Shown here one piece after another: positions 51,714 to 64,000 of a stretch of 64,000 nucleotides of DNA. Origin of the DNA: Haliotis cracherodii. Lineage: Eukaryota. The stretch's first letter is position 1, and every line of letters begins with the position of its first letter. Made by a program: the position numbers and the translations under genes. Below the pieces are notes generated by a model. The model was given only the letters and a program-made list of their open reading frames with translations, was not told where the DNA came from and did no database searches. The DNA is taken from assembly GCF_022045235.1 (NCBI RefSeq), contig NW_027266297.1:744001-808000 (forward strand), read 5' to 3'.

Positions 51714-54700
51714 ATGTCAACCAATGGGAGTCCAGCGTATGTTGTGGGCGTGGGGATGACCAAGTTCCACAAGCCCCTCAGCAAGCAATGGGACTACCCT
51801 GATATGGCCAGGGAGGCAGGTACGAGCTGACCAGCACTTGTCATTGTAACACATGATAGATAAGTCCCGTGACTTCCCGTGAAGATCAGCATTAGAATTG
51901 GTCTTCAGCAGAGCTACAGATTATTAGCGTAAAATACCCCCCAAAAATATTCAAAATTCAATTCAGAAACACAAGTAGCAACCCATGCTTGTCTCCCCCT
52001 GTGAAGATCCGTGTTAGAACTGTCTTCAGCAACCCATGCTTGTCGTAAGAGGCCACCTACGGAGTCAGGTGGTCAGGCTGACTGACTTAGTTGATGCATG
52101 TCATTGTATCCAAGTTGCATACATCAATGCTCATGATGTCAATCACTGGATTGTCTGGTCCAGACTTGATTATTTACAGACTGCCATCATATAGCTGAAA
52201 TATTGCTGAGTGTGGCATTGAACAACAACAAAAAACAACATTATAGATAAGTAGCATTGATGTATTCAGTCCGTGCCAAACACTTATGATTTTACAAACT
52301 CCAAGTTGTATTTTGTTATTATTTTCAGTAGATATTAGGGGCGTTCGGGTAGCCTAGTGGTTAAAGCGTTCGCTCGTCACGCCAAAGATCCGGGTTCGAT
52401 TCCCGACATGGGTACAATGAGTGAAACCCATTTCTGGTGTACCCCGCCATGATATTGCTGGAATATTGCTAAAAGTGGCGTAAAATCATACTCACTCACT
52501 CACTCAGTAGATATTAAGGTTAGTGTGTGGCCTCATCAGGGATTTATCTAGACTGCTCAGGAGCTGATATTAGGCTGGACATCTGCAGCAAATGTCAGTA
52601 ATACTTCCCAAATTGGAATTAATCATTTCCCAATTCATGTTTATATTGTTATGACTAATATCCTGGCTTTGTTGAGGTGACTTGTATTTCCATGGTAGCA
52701 GGACCAGGAGAGAAGAAGAGGCTTTAATGTTTACTGTTACGTTTATACAGCATTGAATGTACCGTTATATACAATACCTAGGAATTGAAGAAAACAAGAA
52801 CTTAAGGCTGATATCATTACTCTGTTCTGACTGTATCTTGCAATTGAGTGTCCGTGTCTCATCACTGACTGACTTTGTCATGACTGTTGAGGTTGTCTCC
52901 AGGTACAGCTGCACTGAGAGATGCTGGTATTCCCTACAGCAAGGTGAAGGCCGTAGTGGCCAGCTACTGCTACGGCGAGCCGACCAGTGGACAGCGGGCA
53001 GTGTACGAGCTCGGCCTCAGCGGTGTTCCTGTGTTCAATGTCAACAACAACTGTTCCTCGGGGTCCACGGCGCTCATGATGGCTCGGCGCCTGGTTCAGA
53101 GCGGGGTGGAGGACTGTGTGTTGGCCCTCGGTGAGTTACACACATTCCACTGTCACATCAAGATGTTTCCTGAACCTTTCCCTTGCCAGCATTTACTCAT
53201 GTATTTATTTTTTATTGACCGTGGGTACATTGCCATTTAGATTTGAAAGAAGAGCTGAACAAATAATTTTTTGTTCAGATCAGTTGTTCCTGGACTTACA
53301 GAATTGTGCTGGGAAGTTGGCCCAGAGAAGTTTGCCATCATACCATGGGTTTATCTAAACTTTCTCAGAGGCAGATATTTGCCCTCAAGTCAGTCAGTAT
53401 GAGTTCCCAATTGAATTAAATATTCCCAAATTCCTCAGAATTTACAAAAATAAGAACATTAAGAAAATCCAATTTATAACAGTATCATAATATTTACCCA
53501 ATTTCCCTGCCAAGGGAACTGAGTTTTGAATCCTAGATAATTCCCTGCATACTGTGACAGCATGGGTCTACACTGGTCTACATTTGTCTACACCTGTCTA
53601 CACCAGTCTACACCAGTCTACACTGGTCTACACCAGTCTACACTGGTACACACTGGTGTACACTGGTCTACACTGGTCCACACTGGTCCACACTGGTCCA
53701 CACAGGTCTACACTGGTCTACCAGACAAAGATTTGATCAGTTCCAGACCCCCATCATGCACCAGGGAACCTACTCCCTCCTCCCTCCCTCAGGTCAAACA
53801 TTCCGACAAATGTCCAGAAAGGATCAATATTATTGTGTTCCAGGGTTTGAGAAGATGGAGGGTGGATTGTCGGAGCGATACACTGACCGCATATCACCAG
53901 TGGGGCGACATATGGACCACATGGTGAATCTCGGAGCGACACCTGGTGTCGTCCAGCCTAGGATGAACAACATGACTTCTGATGTTATCAAACTCTTTGC
54001 ATATGCAGCCAGAGAATACATGCAGAAATACCCCGACGTCAAGATGGAGGATCTGGTGAACATCGCTTTCAAGAACAGGAAACATGGCCTCAATAACCCC
54101 TATGCATCTCTGCCGAAGTTGCCGCCTAAAGAGGTGATTGGCAAGAAGATGATGCTGTGTTACCCCTTGACGTTCTGGATGACAGCGCCCACAGCAGATG
54201 GCAGCGCGGCAGCCATTGTGTGCAGCGAGGCCTTCATGAAGACAAACAACCTTGAGAACAAAGCTGTGGAGATCATTGCACAGCACATGGTCACCGATCT
54301 CCCCTCCTCCTTTGAGAAGAGCTACATTGACCTGTCTGGAGTGGGAATGGCGAGAACGGCGGCAGAGCGTTGCTATGCTGACAGCGGGCTGCGACCTCGA
54401 GACGTGGATGTGCTGGAGGTCCACGACTGCTTTTCCAGTAATGAGCTGTTGATGTACGAGGCTCTGCAGCTTGCTCCTCCTGGCCGGGGCTCGGATCTCA
54501 TCAGGAACTCCTCATGGAGGCGGAATGCAAATGGGGGTGACATCTGTGTCCTGAATGACCGCTGGGTGGTGAATCCGTCAGGAGGCCTGGAGTCCAAGGG
54601 TCACCCTATCGGGGCTACAGGTGAGACTTGAAGGACCATTGTTTAGGGTTACGCTATCAGGGCTACAGGTGAGACTTGAAGGGCCATTGTGTACCCTATT

Positions 54701-57700
54701 GGGGCTACAGGTGAGACTTGAAGGGCCATTGTGTACCCTATTGGGGCTACAGGTGAGACTTGAAGGACCATTGTTTAGGGTTACCCTATCAGGGCTACAG
54801 GTGAGACTTGAAGGGCCATTGTGTACCCTATCGGGGCTACAGGTGAGACTTGAAGGGCCATTGTGTACCCTATCAGGGGCTACAGGTGAGACTTGAAGGG
54901 CCATTGTGTAGGGTCACCCTATCGGGGCTACAGGTGAGACTTGAAGGACCATTGTGTACCCTATCGGGGCTACCGGTGAGACTTGAAGGGCCATTGTGTA
55001 CCCTATCAGGGGCTACAGGTGAGACTTGAAGGGCCATTGTGTAGGGTCACCCTATCGGGGCTACAGGTGAGACTTGAAGGGCTATTGTTAAGGGTCACCC
55101 TATCGGGGCTACAGGTGAGACGTGAAGGGCTATTGTTAAGGGTCACCCTATCGGGGCTACAGGTGAGACGTGAAGGGCCATTGTGTAGGGTCACCCTATC
55201 GGGGCTACAGGTGAGACGTGAAGGGCTATTGTTTAGGGTCACCCTATCGGGGCTACAGGTGAGACTTGAAGGGCCATTGTTTAGGGTCACCCTATCCGGG
55301 GCTACAGGTGAGACGTGAAGGGCCATTGTGTAGGGTCACCCTATCAGGACTACAGGTGAGACTTGAAGGACCATTGTGTACCCTATTAGGGCTACAGGTG
55401 AGACGTGAAGGGCCATTGTTTAGGGTCACCCTATCGTGGCTACAGGTGAGACGTGAAGGGCCATTGTTTAGGGTCACCCTATCGGGGCTACAGGTGAGAC
55501 TTGAAGGGCCGTTGTTTAGGGTCACCCTATCGGCGCTACAGGTGAGACTTGAAGGGCTATTGTTAAGGGTCACTCTATCTGGGCTACAGGTGAGACGTGA
55601 AGGGCCATTGCTTAGGGACACGCTATTGGGGCTACAGGTGAAACTTGAAGGACCATTGTGTACCCTATCAGGGCTACAGGTGAGACTTGAAGGGCCATTG
55701 TTTAGGGTCACCCTATCGGGGCTACAGGTGAGACTTGAAGGGCCATTGTTTAAGGTCACCCTATCGGGGCTACAGGTGAGACTTGAAGGGCCATTGTTTA
55801 GGGTCACGCTATCAGGGCTACAGGTGAGACTTGAAGGACCATTGTGTAGGGACACCCTATCGGGGCTACAGGTGAGACGTGAAGGGCTATTGTGTAGGGT
55901 CATGCTATCGGGGCTACAGGTGAGACTTGAAGGGCCATTGTGTAGGGTCACGCTATCAGGGCTACAGGTGAGACTTGAAGGACCATTGTGTAGGGTCACC
56001 CTATCGGGGCTACAGGTGAGACTTGAAAGGCTATTGTGTAGGGTCACGCTATCGGGGCTACGGGTGAGACTTGAAGGGCCATTGTGTAGGGTCACGCTAT
56101 CGGGGCTACAGGTGAGACTTGAAGGGCCATTGTGTAGGGTCATCCTATCGGGGCTACAGGTGAGACGTGAAGGACCATTGTGTACCCTATCGGGGCTACA
56201 GGTGAGACTTGAAGGACCATTGTGTAGGGTCACCCTATCGGAGTTACAGGTGAGACTTGAAGGACCATTGTGTACCCTATTAGGGCTACAGGTGAGACGT
56301 GAAGGGCCATTGTTTAGGCTCACCCTATCGGGACTACAGTTGAGACTTGAAGGGCTATTGTTTAGGGTCACCCTATCGGGGCTACAGGTGAGACTTGAAG
56401 GACCATTGTTTAGGGTCACCCTATCGGGGCTACAGGTGAGACTTGAAGGACCATTGTTTAGGGTCACCCTATCAGGGCTACAGGTGAAACAGGTGAGACT
56501 TGAAAGGCCATTGTGTAGGGTCACCCTATCGGGGCTACAGGTGAGACTTGAAGGACCATTGTTTAGGGTCACCCTATCGGGGCTACAGGTGAGACTTGAA
56601 GGACCATTGTTTAGGGTCACCCTATCAGGGCTACAGGTGAAACAGGTGAGACTTGAAAGGCCATTGTTTAGGGTCACCCTATCGGGGCTACAGGTGAGAC
56701 TTGAAGGACCATTGTTTAGGGTCACCCTATCGGGGCTACAGGTGAGACTTGAAGGACCATTGTTTAGGGTTACGCTATCAGGGCTACAGGTGAGACTTGA
56801 AGGGCCATTGTGTACCCTATTGGGGCTACAGGTGAGACTTGAAGGGCCATTGTGTACCCTATTGGGGCTACAGGTGAGACTTGAAGGGCCATTGTGTACC
56901 CTATTGGGGCTACAGGTGAGACTTGAAGGGCCATTGTTTAGGGTCACCCTATCGGGGCTACAGGTGAGACTTGAAGGACCATTGTGTAGGGTCACCCTAT
57001 CCGGGCTACAGGTGAGACTTGAAGGGCCATTGTTTAGGGTCACCCTGTCAGGGCAACAGGTGAGACTTGAAGGGCCATTGTGTACCCTATCGGGGCTACA
57101 GGTGAGACTTGAAGGGCCATTGTGTAGGGTCACCCTATCGGGGCTACGGGTGAGACTTGAAGGGCCATTGTGTACTCTATCAGGGCTACAGGTGAGACTT
57201 GAAAGGCCATTGTTTAGGGTCACGCTATCGGGACTACAGGTGAGACTTGAAGGACCATTGTTTAGGGTCACCCTATCGGGGCTACAGGTGAGACTTGAAG
57301 GGCCATTGTGTAGGGTCAACCTATCGGGGCTACAGGTGAGACGTGAAGGACCATTGTGTACCCTATCGGGGCTACAGGTGAGACTTGAAGGACCATTGTG
57401 TAGGGTCACCCTATCGGGGCTACAGGTGAGACTTGAAGGACCATTGTGTACCTTATTAGGGCTACAGGTGAGACATGAAGGGCCATTGTTTAGGCTCACC
57501 CTATCGGGACTACAGTTGAGACTTGAAGGGCTATTGTTTAGGGTCACCCTATCGGGGCTACAGGTGAGACTTGAAGGACCATTGTTTAGGGTCACCCTAT
57601 CGGGGCTACAGGTGAGACTTGAAGGACCATTGTTTAGGGTCACCCTATCAGGGCTACAGGTGAAACAGGTGAGACTTGAAAGGCCATTGTGTAGGGTCAC

Positions 57701-59810
57701 CCTATCGGGGCTACAGGTGAGACTTGAAGGACCATTGTTTAGGGTCACCCTATCGGGGCTACAGGTGAGACTTGAAGGACCATTGTTTAGGGTTACGCTA
57801 TCAGGGCTACAGGTGAGACTTGAAGGGCCATTGTGTACCCTATTGGGGCTACAGGTGAGACTTGAAGGACCATTGTTTAGGGTTACGCTATCAGGGCTAC
57901 AGGTGAGACTTGAAGGGCCATTGTGTACCCTATTGGGGCTACAGGTGAGACTTGAAGGGCCATTGTGTACCCTATTGGGGCTACAGGTGAGACTTGAAGG
58001 GCCATTGTTTAGGGTCACCCTATCGGGGCTACAGGTGAGACTTGAAGGACCATTGTTTAGGGTCACCCTATCGGGGCTACAGGTGAGACTTGAAGGACCA
58101 TTGTTTAGGGTCACCCTATCAGGGCTACAGGTGAAACAGGTGAGACTTGAAAGGCCATTGTGTAGGGTCACCCTATCGGGGCTACAGGTGAGACTTGAAG
58201 GACCATTGTTTAGGGTCACCCTATCGGGGCTACAGGTGAGACTTGAAGGACCATTGTTTAGGGTTACGCTATCAGGGCTACAGGTGAGACTTGAAGGGCC
58301 ATTGTGTACCCTATTGGGGCTACAGGTGAGACTTGAAGGACCATTGTTTAGGGTTACGCTATCAGGGCTACAGGTGAGACTTGAAGGGCCATTGTGTACC
58401 CTATTGGGGCTACAGGTGAGACTTGAAGGGCCATTGTGTACCCTATTGGGGCTACAGGTGAGACTTGAAGGGCCATTGTTTAGGGTCACCCTATCGGGGC
58501 TACAGGTGAGACTTGAAGGACCATTGTTTAGGGTCACCCTATCGGGGCTACAGGTGAGACTTGAAGGGCCATTGTTTAGGGTCACCCTGTCAGGGCTACA
58601 GGTGAGACTTGAAGGGCCATTGTGTACCCTATCGGGGCTACAGGTGAGACTTGAAGGGCCATTGTGTAGGGTCACCCTATCGGGGCTACAGGTGAGACTT
58701 GAAGGGCCATTGTGTACTCTATCGGGGCTACAGGTGAGACTTGAAGGGCCATTGTTTAGGGTCACCCTGTCAGGGCTACAGGTGAGACTTGAAGGGCCAT
58801 TGTGTACCCTATCGGGGCTACAGGTGAGACTTGAAGGGCCATTGTGTAGGGTCACCCTATCGGGGCTACAGGTGAGACTTGAAGGGCCATTGTGTACTCT
58901 ATCGGGGCTACAGGTGAGACTTGAAAGGCCATTGTTTAGGGTCACGCTATCGGGACTACAGGTGAGACTTGAAGGACCATTGTGTACCCTATCGGGGCTA
59001 CAGGTGAGACTTGAAGGGCCATTGTGTAGGGTCACCCTATCGGGGCTACAGGTGAGACTTGAAGGGCTATTGTTTAGGGTCACCCTATCAGGGCTACAGG
59101 TGAGACTTGAAGGGCCATTGTGTAGGGTCACGCTATCGGGATTACAGGTGAGACTTGAAGGGCCATAGTGAAATATAGTGTGAGAGATATGATTGGTGAA
59201 ATCTTGTGAACCCCATCAACCTGGCAGAATCTTTATAAGCACTATGTCAGTGGTCCCCACATCTTCAACTATGAATAAGTCAATATTATACATGGGAGAT
59301 TTGAAGGGTCATATTTTTACAAAGAAATTGGTAGAATATCGTATGTATTGTGAAACTTAAAGAAAAGAAAATGTTAAGATGACTTGATACTTCTGTCACC
59401 TTTAGGTGTTAATATCGACAATCTGTCATAAACAAGGGATAACTCGGTATATTTTCGAAAGTCCCCAGAATTTGATGAGGTCTCATTGTAATAATATCTT
59501 GTCATTTTAAAATAGGTTTGAATGTTTAGCTCATCTTGCCATATGTCAGTTTACTATGTGCCAGTTGTCAGACCGCCTCCATTGTGTAATGAATGCAGCT
59601 GATGAATGTATTCTGTCATCTGAGTTTAATGTCCTGTTTTGTAAAGGTCTGGCGCAGTGTGCCGAGTTGTCATGGCAACTACGAGGGGAGGCCGGGAAAC
59701 GCCAGGTGGATGGGGCAAGGGTTGCTATGCAACACAACTTCGGCATCGGTGGCGCTGCAGTGGTGACAATGTACAGGAAATATGGGCAGCAGTTGACCTC
59801 CAAGCTGTGA
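51714..59810 (+). CDS. SCP2: SCPx-type (SCP2-thiolase) peroxisomal 3-ketoacyl-CoA thiolase without SCP2 domain, 424 aa, PTS1 SKL. Exons 51714-51819, 52903-53130, 53844-54620, 59647-59810
   Basis: [23 protein letters not shown]; [29 protein letters not shown]; GFEKM; [10 protein letters not shown]; [12 protein letters not shown]; [51 protein letters not shown]...TSKL*. Candidate AATAAA at 60580. Symbol given by family; it may be a paralogue rather than the SCP2 orthologue. Confidence 0.93.
51874..52238 (+). mobile_element. SINE-like family A copy with duplicated head
   Basis: CCCGTGAAGATC..TTAGAATTGGTCTTCAGCA occurs twice before the body and tail. Confidence 0.85.
52338..52506 (+). mobile_element. 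tRNA-derived SINE family B, full length
   Basis: A box TAGCCTAGTGG, B box GGTTCGATTCC, tail GCTGGAATATTGCTAAAAGTGGCGTAAAA plus (ACTC)n. Confidence 0.9.
53565..53722. repeat. 10-bp repeat (CTACACTGGT)n
   Basis: Direct periodicity. Confidence 0.9.
54597..59165 (+). repeat. 42/36-bp tandem array (~110 units) derived from the thiolase exon-3/intron-3 junction
   Basis: Unit AGGGTCACCCTATCGGGGCTACAG|GTGAGACTTGAAGGGCCATTGTTT; the first unit is the real exon end. Confidence 0.97.
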
Positions 59811-61894
59811 CGCCGCGCCAGACGGAGGACATGGCAACATTCAGGGATAATATTGTATGAGCTGCATGAATGAAGTGATCTTCTTTTCTCCTACCTGACA
59901 CCTGTTTCAACTGATTATGTACATGACTGATATGGCTGAATAATGTTTGATGTCATTTGACCAGTGTTGCTTGTCTGGTGCTGTGAACGTCTGTGTTGTA
60001 TTCAGAGACAATAGTATGGAATATTTAGTTCATTTCTTCACACTTCCTGTAGACCTGGTGAAGTCTCTTTGGCAATTAATATTTTATTAATATTAATATT
60101 TCTCAAGAATTTGTTACCAAGGAGATAACTCCTGACCTAAGATTGGCATTATTGTAACTAAACCCCATGAAGTCATAAAATCTCCCTCATTGCCTCTGTG
60201 TGCACAATGTGACCAGCAAGTCTTTTTCTTGTGATTGTTTATGTTACAAATGACCAACCCTTAATCGGGTTTCAGATCTATCAAAGATCAAATGAAGATC
60301 TTAACAATAACACGTGTCTCGGCTGCTGAGATGTCTCTCATAAGCTAAAAGTAATTTATTTTCATACAACCACAAAATCGGTTTATTCCAAATGCCAGTC
60401 CTTCTGTGAAGCACACATCTGATGACCGAGATCAGGGGACCAGACAGTCCCCCCAAAGCGTCCATCACACCGTACTACGTGGGATGACAGTGATGAGGAG
60501 GAAGCCACGCCAACTCTTGCTCCATGACTTGACACCAAATATACCAAGGAAACATGTTGATAGAGTCCGGACAATTACAAATAAAGCTGTGATATACTTG
60601 TGTGGTGTCTGCTGTTGTTGATAGTGTCCTCTAAGTGCCAACTGGTTCAGTGTTTGAAATAATCTTAAAACCCAACAACAGTCAGTCAGGTGACCCATAA
60701 ATGTTGCCTGCCAATCTTCAAAGTTAACAGGCCACATTCAGATATTGAAAAATCGCAAAAAGAAAGAGACAGGTCGCGTCTTGATTTAGTTGAAATAATG
60801 CTAACAATTACTTGAGAATCTAGGAGGACTTATGATAAACTGAACACGTGAGTTGGCTAAAAATTAGATGTCAGACAGTCGGGCAGTTGGAGGAAAATTT
60901 CCTGCAGCCCGACAGAATTCATCAATAGTCAATCTGAACAAAAATTAACATAAATTGAAAGAAATGTAAGCGCAACACTGAATGAGCTTGTTAAGCTTAA
61001 GACACATCTGTGACGTCATTGTATTGTGTGAACACTCCATTGTTTTTCAGGAATGGATAACAGTTCAATTAATTTGCTCTTGGAATTAACAGAACTATTT
61101 TTTAAATATTTTGACAAGAGAATGATTTCAAATTTTGTCAGAAAATGTGGACATGTTTGTGGACAAGTAATTGTCAACCTCCGCTACGGAGACATGAAGG
61201 TATGGTGTGAAATTAACTATTAAACATTTCATAATTTTGCATAACGCTTAAAAGCTCAAACGTAATATGCATATGTATCTAATGTTGTGTTAGAGCAGCT
61301 ACCTATAAGAGATGTTCATATTTACAGCAATAAGATAAACCTTCAGGTAAACATGTATACATATCCTTGTTCGGGGCTCTATATTTCCCATAATCCCCAT
61401 CAGCATGTATATTTACAATATTCAAGCAAATGACTAGGACTAGGACTGCACAAAATTATGAAGAGCCGTCTCCTATGCAGTGTAAATGTCAGCTCGTGAC
61501 GGAGCTTGGTGCACGTGCAACAGCGGCAGAGTATGCATCCCTCTTGCATCCCACAAGGGCAACTCACACAGTATAAAACACACTACAAAGAGCCCTGGTT
61601 TATTTTTCAAATATTCTCCACAAGAGAATATTTTGTCAATGTAGGGATGTGTTTTAAGTTGGGGAATATGCTTGTAACTCTCCATTCCTTAAAAGCAATG
61701 GGCCTCTGCTCCATTATTTTAAAGGAACTGAGAGTTACTCGGACATACCCTTCTACATAATGACAAGATAAAATTATGACAGAAATAGTCATTGACAATA
61801 CTGCCCTCAGTGTGGTTGATCAGTCGTGTTTATACAAACGCTGACTTTCTAGAAATGCTGTTGCAGCTCGGCATTAGTGTCTGGCAGAAATAAC

Positions 61895-62410
61895 TCAACC
61901 TTTCATCAGGCACAGCTGCTGCTTTCATCAGACACAGCTGAACCTTTCATCAGGCACAGCTGCTGCTTTCATCAGACACAGCTGAACCTTTCATCAGACA
62001 CAGCTGAACCTTTCATCAGGCACAGCTGCTGCTTTCATCAGACACAGCTGAACCTTTCATCAGACACAGCTGCTGCTTTCATCAGACACAGCTGAACCTT
62101 TCATCAGGCACAGCTGCTGCTTTCATCAGACACAGCTGAACCTTTCATCAGACACAGCTGAACCTTTCATCAGGCACAGCTGCTGCTTTCATCAGACACA
62201 GCTGAACCTTTCATCAGACACAGCTGCTGCTTTCATCAGACACAGCTGAACCTTTCATCAGACACAGCTGCTGCTTTCGTCAGACACAGCTGCTGCTTTC
62301 ATCAGACACAGCTGAACCTTTCATCAGACACAGCTGCTGCTTTCATCAGACACAGCTGAACCTTTCATCAGACATGGTTGCTGCTTTCATCAGACACAGC
62401 TGCTGCTTTC
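61895..62410. repeat. 22-bp two-variant tandem repeat (TTTCATCAGACACAGCTG-AACC/CTGC)
   Basis: Direct periodicity. Confidence 0.95.
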
Positions 62411-64000
62411 AATGCCAGTGTACCAGCTATTCATATACAAAACCAATTCAAGTCAAACAAAAGCAACAGCTTATTATGTAAAATTTAGCGTGGGATTTTT
62501 CATTTTTTTAATAAAACATTTGTGTTTATATAATTATTTATTTTGAAAAATATCATTGGGATATATATATTCCACAGTTTGAGCCAATCTGAAAGTTTGC
62601 CCATCAGAACATGGATGCAAGCTGAATAACAACAACCCATCAATGAAAATAAGTTGATTTATTAAAGTCTTATATTGTATTGAAAAGCATGCCTGGTGTT
62701 GTATGTTGCTGTAAGGAGCTCTCGGTAAGCACGAGAGAGCAAGCATTGTCAACAGAAACAGCCAGAGCTCTCAACATCACCAGTCATAGGACGGATGCAC
62801 ACATTGTATCACAGTCTACGCAATAACAGGTATATATAGCAGCATTGTGCACGTTTTATACACAACTAGTGTTGATAAATTAATACCCTTGACAGTGGAC
62901 CAGATGTTTACTGGTATCAATTATACCAGTACGGTGAATTGTCCAGTAGAATAGTGACCACTTATTGTACATAAATTATGTAATGTGTCTGTTACAAATA
63001 CCCACACAAGCTATGATCTCCAGTTACACATGTTGCCTACTGTAGAAACATGGGGTACGAGATGGGAGATTATATCAGCCAAAGTTGGACATACATCCAG
63101 GTTCAGTCCACAAAGGACAGCAAATGGTAACCATGGTACCTGTCGTTCAGCGTCGGAAACATGGCTTCCTCAGCTTGGACGGTCTGCATTTCTGCACTTT
63201 ATTTCTGACATCGGTATTTCTAAAATGTCAAAGTAGAATAAGAATGGTGACTGCAATCTATTGTGCTTGGCCCAACTACAGAACCAATTCACACTTTGCT
63301 ACAGTGATATGTAGTCAGTCACTGACTTTATTGAAGGTTTTACATGAAGACATAATTAACAGCACTTAAGTTATCCATTTATGAAAAATCAGTGGATAGT
63401 CAGATAAAAATATACACATTTAGCATTTACATGCATGTTTCAATTCTCTGTTTATTGAGCTTCCACATTCACCCCGGGGTGAACCAATTCCCCATCAGGT
63501 GATGTAGCTGGAGATCAATCTTTGTGAAGGTGAGTTGTACTCACTAACAACGCCAACAAGGTCAGCAAACAATCCTTATTTCAAAATTATCCCATTACTT
63601 TACACATGTTACAAACTTGTTAAAATACTTTGGATTTTAAAAAAAGAAGCCTCAAACATAACCCCCAATTTGGGACAATACAGTTATTTCTAAAGAATGC
63701 CTTCCAAGACGCTTCATCTAAAAGAATAAAATAATTCCAAAAAAATTAAAACTGTTCCACATATTTGTGTGTGTAAAGTAGTACAGGGTAGTATGTGGTT
63801 ATTAATCATGTTCTTATTTCAATCAAAGACGTATATATACGTCCGTGTTTCAATATATTAAGAATTATATTGAGAAAATATGTGTGTAACTAAATACATG
63901 TCACTTCATTACACATTTTTAAGACCATTCTACATACGTGAAAGTGAACTTGCTAGCACAGCGATGAGAACGCTATTGTCCGGCGTCACAAGGTACACTG

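Noticed and set aside
52537-53548. Inverted repeats flanking thiolase exon 2 (circRNA/skipping driver)
   Set aside because: Only ~15 bp, from two separate decayed MITE fragments; too weak.
55266-59168. 1300-aa and 1279-aa ORFs on both strands
   Set aside because: They are stop-free frames of a 42/36-bp tandem repeat inside thiolase intron 3; the thiolase frame has a stop in each unit.
60383-64000. Additional gene at right end (exon-like 61142-61199, short ORFs, minus-strand AATAAA near 62540)
   Set aside because: No recognisable coding homology. It may be UTR of the thiolase or of a gene beyond the window, but this is unsupported.

Overview
Eukaryotic (animal, probably mollusc/gastropod-like; this is inference from gene content and repeat style) gene-dense window with six spliced protein-coding genes arranged as three head-to-head pairs: NASP(-)/BTF3(+), REX1BD-like(-)/PIGW(+), and HSDL2(-)/SCPx-type peroxisomal thiolase lacking an SCP2 domain(+). 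NASP runs off the left edge. Roughly 30% of the window (~19 kb) is intronic tandem repeat, and nearly every array has its own unit. One array (~4.6 kb) is an amplification of the thiolase exon-3/intron-3 junction, giving ~110 copies of the splice donor and the catalytic GHP codons. Other content: many SINE copies (one family repeatedly seeds satellites from its structured head), a mariner end, a LINE 3' fragment, two 9-bp-TSD DNA elements, a triple-nested SINE > tRNA-Arg-bearing solo LTR > MULE insertion, and a decayed herpes-tegument-like deubiquitinase (VTD) ORF of probable Helitron origin. Most long ORFs in the supplied track are artefacts of tandem repeats. Exon coordinates were derived by hand from GT-AG sites and phase continuity.
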